Shown: positions 46,994 to 57,237, counted from the whole stretch's first letter. The stretch: DNA of 59,259 nucleotides, filler included, from 5 parts of 5 records of this genome joined end to end with filler, not necessarily neighbours in it, one strand, 5' to 3'. Numbers and translations: made by a program. Notes: generated by a model not told the origin, from the letters alone.

Positions 46994-48022
46994 TTATTCG
47001 GTCTCCGTCACCTTGTTGAGCGCCACCGGCGCATCCGGGTTGAAGCCGCGGGCGCGCGACAGTTTCTCGATGACGCTGTAATAGGGCACGATCAGCGCCA
47101 GCGCATCGGTCAGCGGATGGCCGGTCGCCACATGCGGCAGCATCCCGGTGCCCTCGCCGCGATCCGACGAAAGAAACACCGACGCTCCCTTTTTGGCCAG
47201 GCCGGAGGCGATCCTGACGACGCTGTCCTCCGCCTTGTCGCGGGCGGCGAACGCGATCACCGGGAAGCGCGGCTCCACCAGCGAGACCGGGCCGTGCATC
47301 ACTTCCGCCGAGGAATAGGCCTCGGCATGGAGTTCCGAGGTCTCCTTGCATTTCAGCGAGGCTTCGCTGGCGATCGCAAAGCTCGGGCCGCGTCCCAGCA
47401 CATAGAGCGATTGCGCATGCTTCAAGGGATCGATCAGCGCCGACCAGTCGCAGGCCAGCGCCTTTTCGAGATCGCCCGGCAATTTCGCGAGCGCGGCCTT
47501 GAGCGCCGCGTCATCGGCCCATTCCGACAGCACGGCAAGACCGGCCACGATCGAATTGACGTAGGATTTGGTCGCGGCCACCGCCTTTTCCGGGCCTGCG
47601 GCGATATCGATCGGCTGATCGGCGATCTCGGCAAGCGGCGAGGCGATGGTGTTGACCAGCGCAAGCGACAGCGCGCCGCCATCGCGCGCGGCCTTTGCAA
47701 GCGCCACGATATCCGGGCTCTTGCCGGACTGCGACACAGAAATGGCGGCCGCCTTGTTCATCCTGAGCTTCGCACCATAGATCGAGGCAAGCGACGGGCC
47801 GAGGGAGGCGACCGGAATGCCGACGGTCAGTTCGATCGCGTATTTCAGAAACAGCGCCGCGTGATCGGACGAGCCGCGCGCGATGGTGACAATCACCGCG
47901 GGGTCCTTTTCGGCGAGCGCCCGGCCGGCGGCGGCGAGCGCCGTGCTCTGGCTGTCGAGAAGCCGGGCGGCGGCTTCGGGAATCTCGTCGATTTCGCGGC
48001 GCATATTGGTAATGTCGGTCAT
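46994..48022 (-). CDS. Double-SIS protein, NagB-II type glucosamine-6-phosphate deaminase
   Basis: ARGSSDHA, SQSGKSPD, VAATKSY, EVMHGP and LNKVTET motifs; upstream of nagA. Confidence 0.88.
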   Translation of the reverse strand: MTDITNMRREIDEIPEAAARLLDSQSTALAAAGRALAEKDPAVIVTIARGSSDHAALFLKYAIELTVGIPVASLGPSLASIYGAKLRMNKAAAISVSQSGKSPDIVALAKAARDGGALSLALVNTIASPLAEIADQPIDIAAGPEKAVAATKSYVNSIVAGLAVLSEWADDAALKAALAKLPGDLEKALACDWSALIDPLKHAQSLYVLGRGPSFAIASEASLKCKETSELHAEAYSSAEVMHGPVSLVEPRFPVIAFAARDKAEDSVVRIASGLAKKGASVFLSSDRGEGTGMLPHVATGHPLTDALALIVPYYSVIEKLSRARGFNPDAPVALNKVTETE

Positions 48023-48038
48023 GCAGTCATCTTCCGTT

Positions 48039-48785
48039 TCATGGGTCGCCGGCATAGGTCAGCTCGGCGACGAGGTCATAGATATCGCTTCGATAATAGG
48101 TTCTGGTCAGTTCCACCGCCCGGCCGCCGGCCGTAAAACCGGTGCGGCGGATCGCAAGTGCCGGCGCGCCGGGTGACACCGTCAGAAGCGCCGCCTGCGC
48201 AGAGGTCAGGATGCAGGCGGTGATCCGCTCCTCGGCTTTCACCATGGTGACGCCGCGCGCGGCGAGCGCGCCGTAAAGCGAGGTTTCGACAAGGTCGGGC
48301 CGCTCGATAATGTCGGCGGGCAGCGTGGAATGTTCGATCGCCATCGGCAGGTCGTCGCCAAGACGGATACGGCTGAGGCGGGCGACGGCGGCATTGGCGC
48401 CAAGCTTCAGCGCTGCGGCTTCCTCGGCGCTTGCGGCAAACAGGCCGCGTTCCAGCCACAGCGAGCGCGGCGTAAGGCCACGCGCCTGCATATCCTCGGT
48501 GAACGATGTCAGCCGCTTCAGCGGCTGCTCGATCCGCGCCGGCGGGCGGAGCACAAAAGTGCCGGCGCCATGGCGGCGCTGCAGGAAACCCTCGCTGGTC
48601 AGTTCCGCGATCGCCCGGCGCACGGTCACCCGGCTGACGCCGACGATCCGGGCGAGGTCGCGCTCGGGCGGAAGGGCTTCGCCATGGGCCAGCGCCCCGC
48701 TTTCAACCGCCCTTGCCAGTTCGGCCTTCAGCCGCCGGTAGATCGGCCCGTCACCCGAAATGTCGAAATCCTGAAAAACCCGCAC
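48039..48785 (-). CDS. GntR/HutC-type regulator with UTRA domain (NagQ-like)
   Basis: LPPERDL...VSRVTVRRA...GAGTFV and SFTEDM motifs; AGGAG RBS before GTG 48785. Confidence 0.9.
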   Translation of the reverse strand: MRVFQDFDISGDGPIYRRLKAELARAVESGALAHGEALPPERDLARIVGVSRVTVRRAIAELTSEGFLQRRHGAGTFVLRPPARIEQPLKRLTSFTEDMQARGLTPRSLWLERGLFAASAEEAAALKLGANAAVARLSRIRLGDDLPMAIEHSTLPADIIERPDLVETSLYGALAARGVTMVKAEERITACILTSAQAALLTVSPGAPALAIRRTGFTAGGRAVELTRTYYRSDIYDLVAELTYAGDP

Positions 48786-48808
48786 GCTCGTCTCCTGCTG
48801 GAGAAAAG

Positions 48809-48826
48809 ATACCAATTTAATACCAA
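48809..48826 (-). promoter_or_regulatory. TTGGTAT direct repeat, candidate NagQ-type operator
   Basis: Minus strand TTGGTAT-taaa-TTGGTAT (11-bp period) just upstream of the nag operon. Confidence 0.65.
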
Positions 48827-48932
48827 ATGGCAAGGCCGTCGCACAAAATTCATGGAGGGATCATCTCAGACCGACCTTGCCTTGTGGCCGGCCGGATGGC
48901 TCAATCAAGTTTCCGGCAAATGCGAGACCGCC

Positions 48933-49832
48933 ATGCAGATCGAGGCTCTTGTCTATTTCAACGAACTCACGCGCTCGCGCTCGATCCGGCAGGCGGCCGT
49001 GACGCTGGGCGTCTCGCCGATGGCCGTCAGCCGCCAGCTTGAAAATCTCGAGGCCTATTTCAACGCCGTCCTGATCGAACGCGGCGCGCGCGGCATTGCG
49101 CTGACGCCCGCCGGCGCGCTGCTGGCCGAACGCGTCGAGGCGATGATCCGCGATCTCGAAGGCGCACGGCAGGTGATCGACGATCTGCGGGGGTTGAACG
49201 CCGGTCATGTCTCGGTCCATGTCAACGGCGCGGTGATCAACGCGATCCTGGCTCCCGCACTTGCCGAGTTCTACGCGCTTTATCCGAAAATCTCGATCGC
49301 CGTGACGGTGACGTCGGCGGAAATCGCGCTCAACGCGGTGACCACCGGCGAGACCGATATCGCGGTCACGATGTTCTCGCCATCGGATGCGCGGATCGAG
49401 ACGCTGTTTTCACTGTCGGTCAGGCATGATCCGGTGATGGCGCCGGACCACCCGCTTGCCGGCGAAAACGAAATCACGCTCGCGGCCATTCGTCGCCACG
49501 CCATCGCCATGCCCGACCGCGCCTTCAGCATCCGCCGCGATTTCGACGATCGCCAGCGCGCGGGAGGGTTCGCGCCGGTGGATGTCGCCTTCACAACATC
49601 CTCGCTGGAGCTCCAGAAGGAGCTTGCCCGGCGCGGCGCGGCTGTGCTGATCCTGCCGGCGATGACGGTCGCCCGCGAGCTTCGCGACGGCCAGCTCGTT
49701 CTCCGCCCCTTCGCAAAAGCGGCGGAGATCGCCAGCGATATGCGGCTGGTGCGCGCCGAGGGCCCCACGCCCACCTTCGCCGCCCTGAAGCTCGCCGAGT
49801 TCCTGGAAGCCTTTCTTCGCGAGCACGGCTAG
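48933..49832 (+). CDS. LysR family regulator
   Basis: SIRQAA..LGVSP.AVSRQLENLE...LTPAG HTH; real start MQIEAL at 48933. Confidence 0.92.
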   Translation: MQIEALVYFNELTRSRSIRQAAVTLGVSPMAVSRQLENLEAYFNAVLIERGARGIALTPAGALLAERVEAMIRDLEGARQVIDDLRGLNAGHVSVHVNGAVINAILAPALAEFYALYPKISIAVTVTSAEIALNAVTTGETDIAVTMFSPSDARIETLFSLSVRHDPVMAPDHPLAGENEITLAAIRRHAIAMPDRAFSIRRDFDDRQRAGGFAPVDVAFTTSSLELQKELARRGAAVLILPAMTVARELRDGQLVLRPFAKAAEIASDMRLVRAEGPTPTFAALKLAEFLEAFLREHG

Positions 49833-49839
49833 AACCCGC

Positions 49840-50733
49840 TCAGACCTCGCCGCCGGAAAAAATCGCCTGCACCCATTCGAGAAACACCCGCAGCCTCGGC
49901 GCGGTGTGGCGGTTCTGGGGATAGAGCGCGGTGAGCGGCGTTGGCGGCGGCGGGAAGTCCGGCAGGACCTCAATCATGGTGCCGGCCTCCAGCGCCTCGG
50001 CGAAATGATAGCGCGGCGCCTGCACCAGCCCGAACCCCGCCCGCGCCAGCGCATTGGCCGTGCCGGAATCATTGGCGGTCACACGGGACTTGAGCGTCAC
50101 GTAGCGGGTGCGGCCGTTCTCGATCAGTTCGAGCGGCATCACCTCGCCGGTGCGCGACGAGATGAAGCCGACCGCCATATGCCCGGCCAGATCATCCGGC
50201 GTTTCCGGCACGCCGTGCCGCTCCAGATAGGCCGGGCTCGCCACGGTGACCTCGCCAAGCGCGCCGAGCCTGCGGGCGATCAGGCCGCTATCCTCCAGTT
50301 CGCCCGCCCGGATGACGCAATCGAAGCCCTCGCGCACCAGATCGACATAGCGGTCGCCCTGTCCGAAATGGATTCTGAGATCGGGATATCGCGCCAGAAA
50401 GGCGGGCAGGCCGGGCAGCAGGAAATTGCGGGTCAGGTGCGGGTGCGCATCGATGCGCAGAAGCCCATCCGGATTGCCGGCCCTGAACGCCCCCTCGGCC
50501 TCCTCGACATCGGCAAGGATCGCAATGCAGCGCCGGTAATAATCGGCGCCGTCGAGCGTCGTCGCGACATGGCGGGTGGTGCGGTCCAAAAGCCGCACGC
50601 CGAGATCGGCCTCCAGCCCCTTGATCGCCTCCGTGGCGGTCGAGCGCGCAAGGGCGAGATCGAGAGCGGCGGCAGAGAAACTGCCGCGCTCGACGATCCG
50701 GGCGAACAGGCGCATGCGGTCAAATCTGTCCAT
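49840..50733 (-). CDS. LysR family regulator (DmlR/CrgA type)
   Basis: MDRFDRM..F..IVE.GSF and DLVREGFDCVIR motifs. Confidence 0.93.
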   Translation of the reverse strand: MDRFDRMRLFARIVERGSFSAAALDLALARSTATEAIKGLEADLGVRLLDRTTRHVATTLDGADYYRRCIAILADVEEAEGAFRAGNPDGLLRIDAHPHLTRNFLLPGLPAFLARYPDLRIHFGQGDRYVDLVREGFDCVIRAGELEDSGLIARRLGALGEVTVASPAYLERHGVPETPDDLAGHMAVGFISSRTGEVMPLELIENGRTRYVTLKSRVTANDSGTANALARAGFGLVQAPRYHFAEALEAGTMIEVLPDFPPPPTPLTALYPQNRHTAPRLRVFLEWVQAIFSGGEV

Positions 50734-50837
50734 GGCAATTGTTCACCACAGCCGAATTATCTTGTCAAATTTTCTGTGATTGTTTCGTTCAGGCGGGAGC
50801 TTATCTTCAGCCCAGTCGCAGACATATGGAGTTTATC

Positions 50838-51566
50838 ATGACCAGAACAGCCATCATCACCGGCGCATCGCGCGGGATCGGCGCGGAAATCGCAAGGCGG
50901 CTCGCCGCCGACGGCATCGACATCGTCGTCAATTACGCCTCGAACGTCGCCGCCGCGGACGAGGTGGTCGCATCCATCGAGGAAAATGGCGGCAAGGCCA
51001 TTGCCGTCAAGGCCGATATCGGAGCAGATGACGGCCTCAAAGCCCTGTTCGACGCAGCCGAAGCCGCGTTCGGACAGGCGGACATCCTCGTCAACAATGG
51101 CGGCATGATCGCGCTCGCGCCACTCGGCAAGGTCACCGACGACGATTTCGAGCGTCAGGTCGCCGTCAATTTCGGCGGCACGTTTCGCGGCCTTCGCGAA
51201 GCCGCCAACCGGCTTGCCGATGGCGGCAGGATCGTCAACTTCTCGACCAGCGTCGTCGGCACCAGGCTTCCGGCCTACGGCGTCTATGCCGCAACCAAGG
51301 CCGCCGTCGAAACCATGACGCATATCGCCGCCAAGGAGCTTGCCGCACGGGGCATCACCGTCAATGCGATCGCGCCCGGTCCGGTTGCGACCGAGTTGTT
51401 CTTCGGCGGCAAGAGCGAGGAACTGGTCGCCAACATTACCAGGACGATTCCCGCCGGCCGTCTGGGCGAGCCCGGCGATATCGCCGGAGCCGTCGCGTTT
51501 CTCGTCAGCGACGAGGCCCGCTTCATCAGCGGCCAGGTGCTGCGCGTCAATGGCGGCATGATCTGA
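50838..51566 (+). CDS. SDR family oxidoreductase
   Basis: TGASRGIG, YAATK and NAIAPGP motifs. Confidence 0.93.
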   Translation: MTRTAIITGASRGIGAEIARRLAADGIDIVVNYASNVAAADEVVASIEENGGKAIAVKADIGADDGLKALFDAAEAAFGQADILVNNGGMIALAPLGKVTDDDFERQVAVNFGGTFRGLREAANRLADGGRIVNFSTSVVGTRLPAYGVYAATKAAVETMTHIAAKELAARGITVNAIAPGPVATELFFGGKSEELVANITRTIPAGRLGEPGDIAGAVAFLVSDEARFISGQVLRVNGGMI

Positions 51567-51593
51567 CCACACGATCTAACAAGGAGAACCGAG

Positions 51594-51806
51594 ATGCCAT
51601 TCGTCAACATCAAGACCCCTGAAGCAGCGCTGACCCGCGCGCAAAAGGAAGAAATCGTCCACCGCGTCACCGACATGCTGACCGAGTATTTCAGCGAAGC
51701 CGCGCGGCCCCACACCATGGTGCTGATCGAGGAGGTCGGCGATGGCGGCTATGGCCGCGCCGACGAGGTTTTCGTTACCCCCGAGGCCTATCGCGCCGCG
51801 GGCTGA
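51594..51806 (+). CDS. 4-oxalocrotonate tautomerase family protein
   Basis: Catalytic Pro directly after Met (MPFVNIK); 70 aa; AAGGAG RBS. Confidence 0.85.
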   Translation: MPFVNIKTPEAALTRAQKEEIVHRVTDMLTEYFSEAARPHTMVLIEEVGDGGYGRADEVFVTPEAYRAAG

Positions 51807-52705
51807 ACATCGGGCCGGGGCGGAAACGCCTCGGCAAGCCCTTCGACGAACCGCATCACCTTGGCGCTTGGTTTGCGCCGGGCCGGATAGAGTGCCTGCA
51901 TCGGGCGCGGGGGCGTGCGATAATCGGTCAGAAGACGCACCAGGCGGCCGGCCTTCAATTCCTCCCGCAGGATGATATCCGAGCCGAGCGCAACGCCGTG
52001 GCCCTCGACAGCGGCGCGCAACAGCATCAGCCAGTCATTGCTGTACAGCCGGCCGCTGACCTGAATTTCCCGTTCCCGGCCATTTTCGGTAAACAGCCAG
52101 CGGCATGGCGTCTGTCCGGCGCGCTGGCCGAAGATCAGGCATTCATGGCCGGTCAGGTCCTGTGGGGTTTCCGGCGCGCCGTGACGGGCGAGATAAGAGG
52201 GCGCGGCGCAGACCACCAGTTCGTAAGGCGCCAGCGCAATGGAGGCGAGGCCGGCGCTTTCCGCACCCCCGATCCGGATGGTGACATCGAAGCCCTCCTC
52301 CAGCGGGTCCACGAACCGATCCTCGAGCGTGACCTCGACCTGCACCTCCGGGTTTTTTTCGAGAAACCGGGTGACGTAAGGCGCGAGCGCAAGCGTTCCG
52401 AAGGTTTTCGGCGCGTTGACCTTCAGCAGACCCTTGGGGTGACGATGCATCTCCGAGGCCAGCCCCTCCGCGGCCTCCGCCTCGCCAAGAATCAAACGGC
52501 AGCGCTCGTAGAACGCGCGGCCGATATCCGTGAGGCTCTGGCGGCGGGTGGTGCGGGTGAGGAGCGTTGTGCCAACCCTGTCCTCCAGAAACACGATGTG
52601 CTTGGAGACCATCTGTGGCGAGATGCCGAGCGCATCTGCGGCGGCCGCAAACGAGCCGAGATCAACCGCCTTGACATAGACGGCCATGCTGGTGAGCCGG
52701 TCCAT
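51788..52705 (-). CDS. LysR family regulator (DmlR/CrgA type)
   Basis: MDRLTSM.VYVKAVDLGSF...RTTRRQSLT; real start at 52705. Confidence 0.92.
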   Translation of the reverse strand: MDRLTSMAVYVKAVDLGSFAAAADALGISPQMVSKHIVFLEDRVGTTLLTRTTRRQSLTDIGRAFYERCRLILGEAEAAEGLASEMHRHPKGLLKVNAPKTFGTLALAPYVTRFLEKNPEVQVEVTLEDRFVDPLEEGFDVTIRIGGAESAGLASIALAPYELVVCAAPSYLARHGAPETPQDLTGHECLIFGQRAGQTPCRWLFTENGREREIQVSGRLYSNDWLMLLRAAVEGHGVALGSDIILREELKAGRLVRLLTDYRTPPRPMQALYPARRKPSAKVMRFVEGLAEAFPPRPDVQPAAR

Positions 52706-52807
52706 GATTATCTCCTTTTGGTTGGGAGAGTGTATGTTTTTCCGATATTTAAAAACCTCTGGTGGAGGTTTAAGCCGGGTCATCATTGCATGACAAGGAG
52801 AAAACAC

Positions 52808-53434
52808 ATGAAAATCGGAATTATCGGCGCGGGCTTTGTCGGCCGCTCGGTGGCGCAGAAGGCGGTTCAGGCCGGCCATGAGGTGATGCTCAGCAATTCG
52901 CGCGGACCGCAAAGCCTTTTCAGCATGAAAAGCGCCCTCGGCTGTGCCGTCGGCACAGTCGGCGAGGCGATCGCCTTCGGCGACGCTATCGTGCTCGCCG
53001 TTCCACTGACCGCCTATGGCGCGCTGCCGCCGGAGGGCTTCCGGGGCAAGATCGTGATCGACGCCATCAACTACTATCACGAGCGCGACGGCCATATCGA
53101 GGCGCTGGACCGGGGCGACACCACCACCAGCGAAATGATCGCCGCCCATCTCCCCGACGCCCGTATCGTCAAGGCCTTCAACGCCATCCGCATGATCGAC
53201 CTTGACGTCGCGGGACGGCCGGAGGGTGCGGCCGATCGCCTCGCCCTGCCGCTTGCCGGCGATGATGATGAGGCAAAGGCCGTGGTCGCCGAACTCTACA
53301 ATCAGTTCGGCTTCGACAAGGTCGATGCCGGACCGCTCGGCGAGGGCTGGCGCTTCGAACGCGACCGCCCGGCCTACTGCAATCTGAAACCGAAGCAGGC
53401 GCTTGCCGAGACGCTTTCGGCCACGACCCGGTAA
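52808..53434 (+). CDS. NADPH-dependent F420 reductase-like (F420_oxidored family) protein
   Basis: MKIGIIGAG, IDAINY, VKAFN, AGDD and DAGPL..G motifs; AAGGAG RBS. Confidence 0.88.
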   Translation: MKIGIIGAGFVGRSVAQKAVQAGHEVMLSNSRGPQSLFSMKSALGCAVGTVGEAIAFGDAIVLAVPLTAYGALPPEGFRGKIVIDAINYYHERDGHIEALDRGDTTTSEMIAAHLPDARIVKAFNAIRMIDLDVAGRPEGAADRLALPLAGDDDEAKAVVAELYNQFGFDKVDAGPLGEGWRFERDRPAYCNLKPKQALAETLSATTR

Positions 53435-53516
53435 ACTCCGGCGCGGGTGAGTGGAGCAACGCCGCAAACGCTATGCATGGGGCAGCCGCTGTCTCCCCTC
53501 ACCCGGCGCATGCGCG

Positions 53517-53616
53517 NNNNNNNNNNNNNNNNNNNNNNNNNNNNNNNNNNNNNNNNNNNNTTAATTAATTAANNNNNNNNNNNNNNNNNNNNNNNNNNNN
53601 NNNNNNNNNNNNNNNN
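53517..53616. other. Artificial contig-joining spacer
   Basis: N44-TTAATTAATTAA-N44. Confidence 0.99.
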
Positions 53617-53876
53617 TAGAGCGCATAGGACTGGAACACCATGGCCAGCCCCCGGTCCTTGGGGTCGAGTTCGGTGACATCGCGGTCGCCAATGGTGATC
53701 CGTCCGTCGCTGACTTCGAGCAGACCGGCCAAAAGGTTGAGCAAGGTGGTCTTGCCGCAACCGGACGGGCCCAGCAGCACCAGGAAATCACCGTCCTCAA
53801 TGGCAAGGTTCAGATCGTCCAGCACGGTGACCGCGCCGTAACGCTTGACGATATGTTCAAAACTGACGGCAGGCAT
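53617..53876 (-). CDS. Sugar ABC transporter ATPase (MalK type), N-terminal part (truncated)
   Basis: GPSGCGKT Walker [10 protein letters not shown]. Confidence 0.93.
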
Positions 53877-53881
53877 TGGCA

Positions 53882-54817
53882 CTAACCCTTGATGGCGCCG
53901 GCGGTCACGCCCTGAACGAAGAGCTTGCCGACGAGGAAATAGACGACGAGGGGTGGAATGGCCGTGAGCAGTGCTGCAGCCATGTTGTGGGCGTAGTTGG
54001 TCGTGCCCGTGGAGATGGTGATCAGATTGGCGAGGTTCACCGTCATGGGCTGGCCGGTCAGGCCGCCAAAGGTCACGCCGATCAGGTAATCGTTCCAGAT
54101 CGAGGTGATCTGCAGGATCAGCACCACGATCAGGATATTGCCGCTCATGGGCACGATGATCTCGAAGAAGATGCGCCAGAACGAACCGGAATCCATCATC
54201 GCGGCCGACATGATCTCGGTCGGGATATCCTTGTAGTAATTGCGGAAGATCAGGGTCAGCACCGGCATGGCCAGCACTGCATGGATCACCGCCACGGCCC
54301 AGAGCGTGCCGTAGATCTTGGTGGTCGTTGTCATCACGATCAGCGGATACATGATGATCTGGAACGGCACGAAGGCGCAGATGAACAGCAGGAACAGGAA
54401 GCCCCCGGCCCAGCGCACATTCCACAAGGCCAGGGCAAAGCCGGTGACCATGGCCAGGGAAATCGACAGGATCAGCGAGGGAAAGAGGATCGAGATCGAA
54501 TTCCAGAAGCCGACCTTGAGCCCATCGCATTTGATGCCCGAACAGGCATGGTTCCAGGCGTGATCCCAGGCTTCCAGTGTCCAGATATGGGGCAGCGTGA
54601 AGATCGCCCCTTCGCGGATCTGGTCCATGGTCTTGAACGAGGTGACCACCACCACATAAAGCGGCACGCAAAAGAACAGGGCACAGATGGTGAGGAAGAC
54701 CAGAACCGCGATGGAGCGCGGGGTGATACCCTTTTTCTTGCGCACGAAATAGGGCGCGCGGGTCACGGGAACTTCACCGGCGGCGGCTGCGCGTTCGGAA
54801 ACGGAAACCTGGCTCAT
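53882..54817 (-). CDS. Carbohydrate ABC transporter permease
   Basis: TM helices; degenerate EAA loop [30 protein letters not shown]. Confidence 0.93.
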   Translation of the reverse strand: MSQVSVSERAAAAGEVPVTRAPYFVRKKKGITPRSIAVLVFLTICALFFCVPLYVVVVTSFKTMDQIREGAIFTLPHIWTLEAWDHAWNHACSGIKCDGLKVGFWNSISILFPSLILSISLAMVTGFALALWNVRWAGGFLFLLFICAFVPFQIIMYPLIVMTTTTKIYGTLWAVAVIHAVLAMPVLTLIFRNYYKDIPTEIMSAAMMDSGSFWRIFFEIIVPMSGNILIVVLILQITSIWNDYLIGVTFGGLTGQPMTVNLANLITISTGTTNYAHNMAAALLTAIPPLVVYFLVGKLFVQGVTAGAIKG

Positions 54818-55698
54818 CGGGCGGCCTCCCGCTTGCGTTGCTGCCACACGGTCAGGGCAACCAACGGAATGAAGACGACCAGGGTAATGACCAGCATCAT
54901 TACTGCGGCCGCCGAGGCGTAGCCAAGATTGGACTTGGCCGAGAGGGCGTTGATGGTGAAATAGGCCGGCACCCAGGTGCTCTGTCCCGGTCCGCCATTG
55001 GTCATGGCCACGACAACGTCATAGGCCTTGATGACGCCGAGCGAGAGCAGGATGGCGCAGGTGATGAAGGTGAACTTCATCATCGGGATGATGATCTCGA
55101 GATAGACCCGCCAGAGCGGCACGCCATCAAGCTTGGCGGCGCTCCAGATTTCGGTGTTGATCCCTTTCAGGCCCGCCAGCATCAGCGCCATGTAGAAGCC
55201 CGCGCTCTGCCAGACCGAGGCGAGAATGATGGCATACATGGCCGTGTCGCCTTGGGCGAGCCAGTTGAAATCCACCTCCCAGCCCAGTCCGCGCAGGAAG
55301 CTCTGCGCGCCCAAAGTGGGGTTCAGGATCCAGCGCCAGGCGGCACCGGTAACGATCAGCGAGACGGCCAGGGGATAAAGAAAGACCGTGCGAAAAAAGC
55401 TTTCGCCGCGCTTTTCCTTGTCGATCATCGCCGCGAGAATAAAGCCAAAGACAATGGCCAGCGCGCTGCCCAGGCCGAGCACGATCAAATTGCGGAGCGA
55501 GATTTCCCACCCGGCATCGCGGAACAGGCGATCATATTGGCGGCCCCATTCGGACCAGTCGATGCCATATTCGGGCAGGCGGCGGCTGCGCGTGAAGGAG
55601 AGATAAATGGTCCAGGCTATCGAGCCGACAAACGCCACGGCGGTCACCGCCAGTGCGGGCGTCAGGGCAAGTTGGGGCGCAATGCGACTCCAGCGCAT
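54814..55698 (-). CDS. Carbohydrate ABC transporter permease
   Basis: FRTVFLYP and LAGLKGI..EIWSAAKLDG motifs; GGAGG RBS. Confidence 0.93.
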   Translation of the reverse strand: MRWSRIAPQLALTPALAVTAVAFVGSIAWTIYLSFTRSRRLPEYGIDWSEWGRQYDRLFRDAGWEISLRNLIVLGLGSALAIVFGFILAAMIDKEKRGESFFRTVFLYPLAVSLIVTGAAWRWILNPTLGAQSFLRGLGWEVDFNWLAQGDTAMYAIILASVWQSAGFYMALMLAGLKGINTEIWSAAKLDGVPLWRVYLEIIIPMMKFTFITCAILLSLGVIKAYDVVVAMTNGGPGQSTWVPAYFTINALSAKSNLGYASAAAVMMLVITLVVFIPLVALTVWQQRKREAAR

Positions 55699-55754
55699 GA
55701 AGGTCCTCCCATGAACCCGGTCGCCCCTGTGCTCAGAGTTCTCTTCCGGGTGTT

Positions 55755-55770
55755 GTATTAGCGTTAATCT
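55755..55770. promoter_or_regulatory. LacI-type operator, copy 1
   Basis: GTATTAGCGTTAATCT, 13/16 match to the palindrome GTATTAACGTTAATAC with central CG. Confidence 0.7.
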
Positions 55771-55869
55771 AGAGGCATAATTCGCAGAACGTCAACTGGC
55801 CAAGTGCAAAAATGCAGCAAGCGCGTGCCAGGCGGCACCTGAAATAACAAGCCTCGGGAGGAAATAGGT

Positions 55870-56682
55870 TTGAAATTACTTGATGTTATGCCCCGCCTCG
55901 GTTTTGGCACCTATGGTCGTTGGAAGACGGAGGGTATTGAGGCCATTCTGTGCGCTCTCGAGACGGGCTACCGCCATCTGGACACCGCCCAGACCTATGA
56001 TACCGAGACCGAGGTGGGAACAGCGCTCGGGCAGTCTGGCCTGGCGCGCGCCGAAATCTTCCTGACCACCAAGATCTCGACGGACAACTATGCCGAAGGC
56101 CGGCTGATTCCGTCGCTGCAGACCAGCTTGTCTCATCTGGGCGTCGAGCAAGTGGATTTGACCCTGTTGCACTGGCCCTCCCCCAATGGCACCCAGCCGC
56201 TGGCGGACTATCTCGAACCCCTCCTGGAGGCGCAGGATCGCGGTCTGACCCGGTTTATCGGTGTTTCGAACTTTACCATCGATCTGCTCGATCAAGCCCG
56301 TTCGATTGCCGGCGAGGGCCGCATTGCAACCAACCAGGTCGAGCTCAACCCATTCATCCAGAACACGAAATTAGCGGCATATTGTGCAAGCCACGACATC
56401 ATGGTGACCTGTTACCAGCCCATTGCGCATGGGCGACTGGGCGATGATCCGGTGCTGGTCGACATGGCCCGCCGCCATGATGCCAGCCCTGAGCAACTCG
56501 CCCTGGCCTTTGAACTGGCCAAGGGCTATGCGGCCATCCCGACCTCTGGAAAACGGGAAAGAATTGTCTCCAATTTCGCGGCGCAGCACCTGAAGCTGTC
56601 GCCCGAAGACATCGCGCTGATCGAGACTCGGGATCGCAATCTGCGCGCCATCGCACCCGACTGGGGACCGGATTGGGATTGA
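55870..56682 (+). CDS. Aldo/keto reductase (DkgB / 2,5-DKG reductase-like)
   Basis: GYRHLDTAQTY, LTTK, LLHWP, IGVSNF and NQVE motifs; GGAGG RBS before TTG. Confidence 0.92.
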   Translation: MKLLDVMPRLGFGTYGRWKTEGIEAILCALETGYRHLDTAQTYDTETEVGTALGQSGLARAEIFLTTKISTDNYAEGRLIPSLQTSLSHLGVEQVDLTLLHWPSPNGTQPLADYLEPLLEAQDRGLTRFIGVSNFTIDLLDQARSIAGEGRIATNQVELNPFIQNTKLAAYCASHDIMVTCYQPIAHGRLGDDPVLVDMARRHDASPEQLALAFELAKGYAAIPTSGKRERIVSNFAAQHLKLSPEDIALIETRDRNLRAIAPDWGPDWD

Positions 56683-56726
56683 GCGAGCCAAGTTGACACC
56701 GCAAGACCAAACTGCGAAGACGCAAC

Positions 56727-56742
56727 GTATTAACGATCATAC
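56727..56742. promoter_or_regulatory. LacI-type operator, copy 2
   Basis: GTATTAACGATCATAC, 14/16 match to GTATTAACGTTAATAC. Confidence 0.7.
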
Positions 56743-56796
56743 AATGTCAGCGAGGCTGACCTTGTTCACAAGGGCCCGAAGGGCCAGGAGGATTTT

Positions 56797-57237
56797 ATGC
56801 TTGGTGTCGTCGGCATTGGCCATGTGGCGATCAAGGTCACTGATCTGGACCGGTCGCTGGACTTTTATCGCGACCGCCTCGGCTTTCCGGAAATGTTGCG
56901 CCTCAAGCACGACAATGGGGAAACCTGGCTTGTTTATCTGCGGATCACCGACGACCAGTATCTCGAAATCTTTCCCGGTGCGGAGAACGACCGGGCTCCG
57001 GGCTGGAACGCCAATGGCGTGAACCACATGTGCTTCACGATCGAGGACCTCGAGGGCACCACCGAGCGGATCAAGGCGGCGGGCATTGCCCTGACCTCAG
57101 AGATCAAACCGGGCCTTGATGGCAACCGGCAGGCCTGGATCGAGGACCCGGACGGGAACCGGATCGAATTGATGGAAATGGCGCAGGACTGCCTGCAATT
57201 GCAGGCCATTCGCCGCTTGCACCAAGAGCGCGCATAA
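56797..57237 (+). CDS. VOC/glyoxalase family protein
   Basis: GHVAIKV.DLDRSLDFY, NHMCF and EDPDGNRIELME motifs; AGGAGG RBS. Confidence 0.92.
   Translation: MLGVVGIGHVAIKVTDLDRSLDFYRDRLGFPEMLRLKHDNGETWLVYLRITDDQYLEIFPGAENDRAPGWNANGVNHMCFTIEDLEGTTERIKAAGIALTSEIKPGLDGNRQAWIEDPDGNRIELMEMAQDCLQLQAIRRLHQERA

Noticed and set aside
45837-47351. Apparent N-terminal extensions or fusions in the ORF track (nagA 504 aa, LysR 48330-49832, LysR 51788-53467, reductase 51998-53434, ABC ATPase to 54671)
   Set aside because: The extensions overlap other real genes; recognisable N-termini, several with a clear RBS, lie downstream.
48791-48804. TCTCC-N4-GGAGA hairpin covering the GntR RBS as a riboswitch or thermometer
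   Set aside because: Only 5 bp of stem with no supporting structure; plausible by chance.
53617-55698. ABC operon without a substrate-binding protein
   Set aside because: The operon is truncated within the ATPase gene; the binding-protein gene may follow it.
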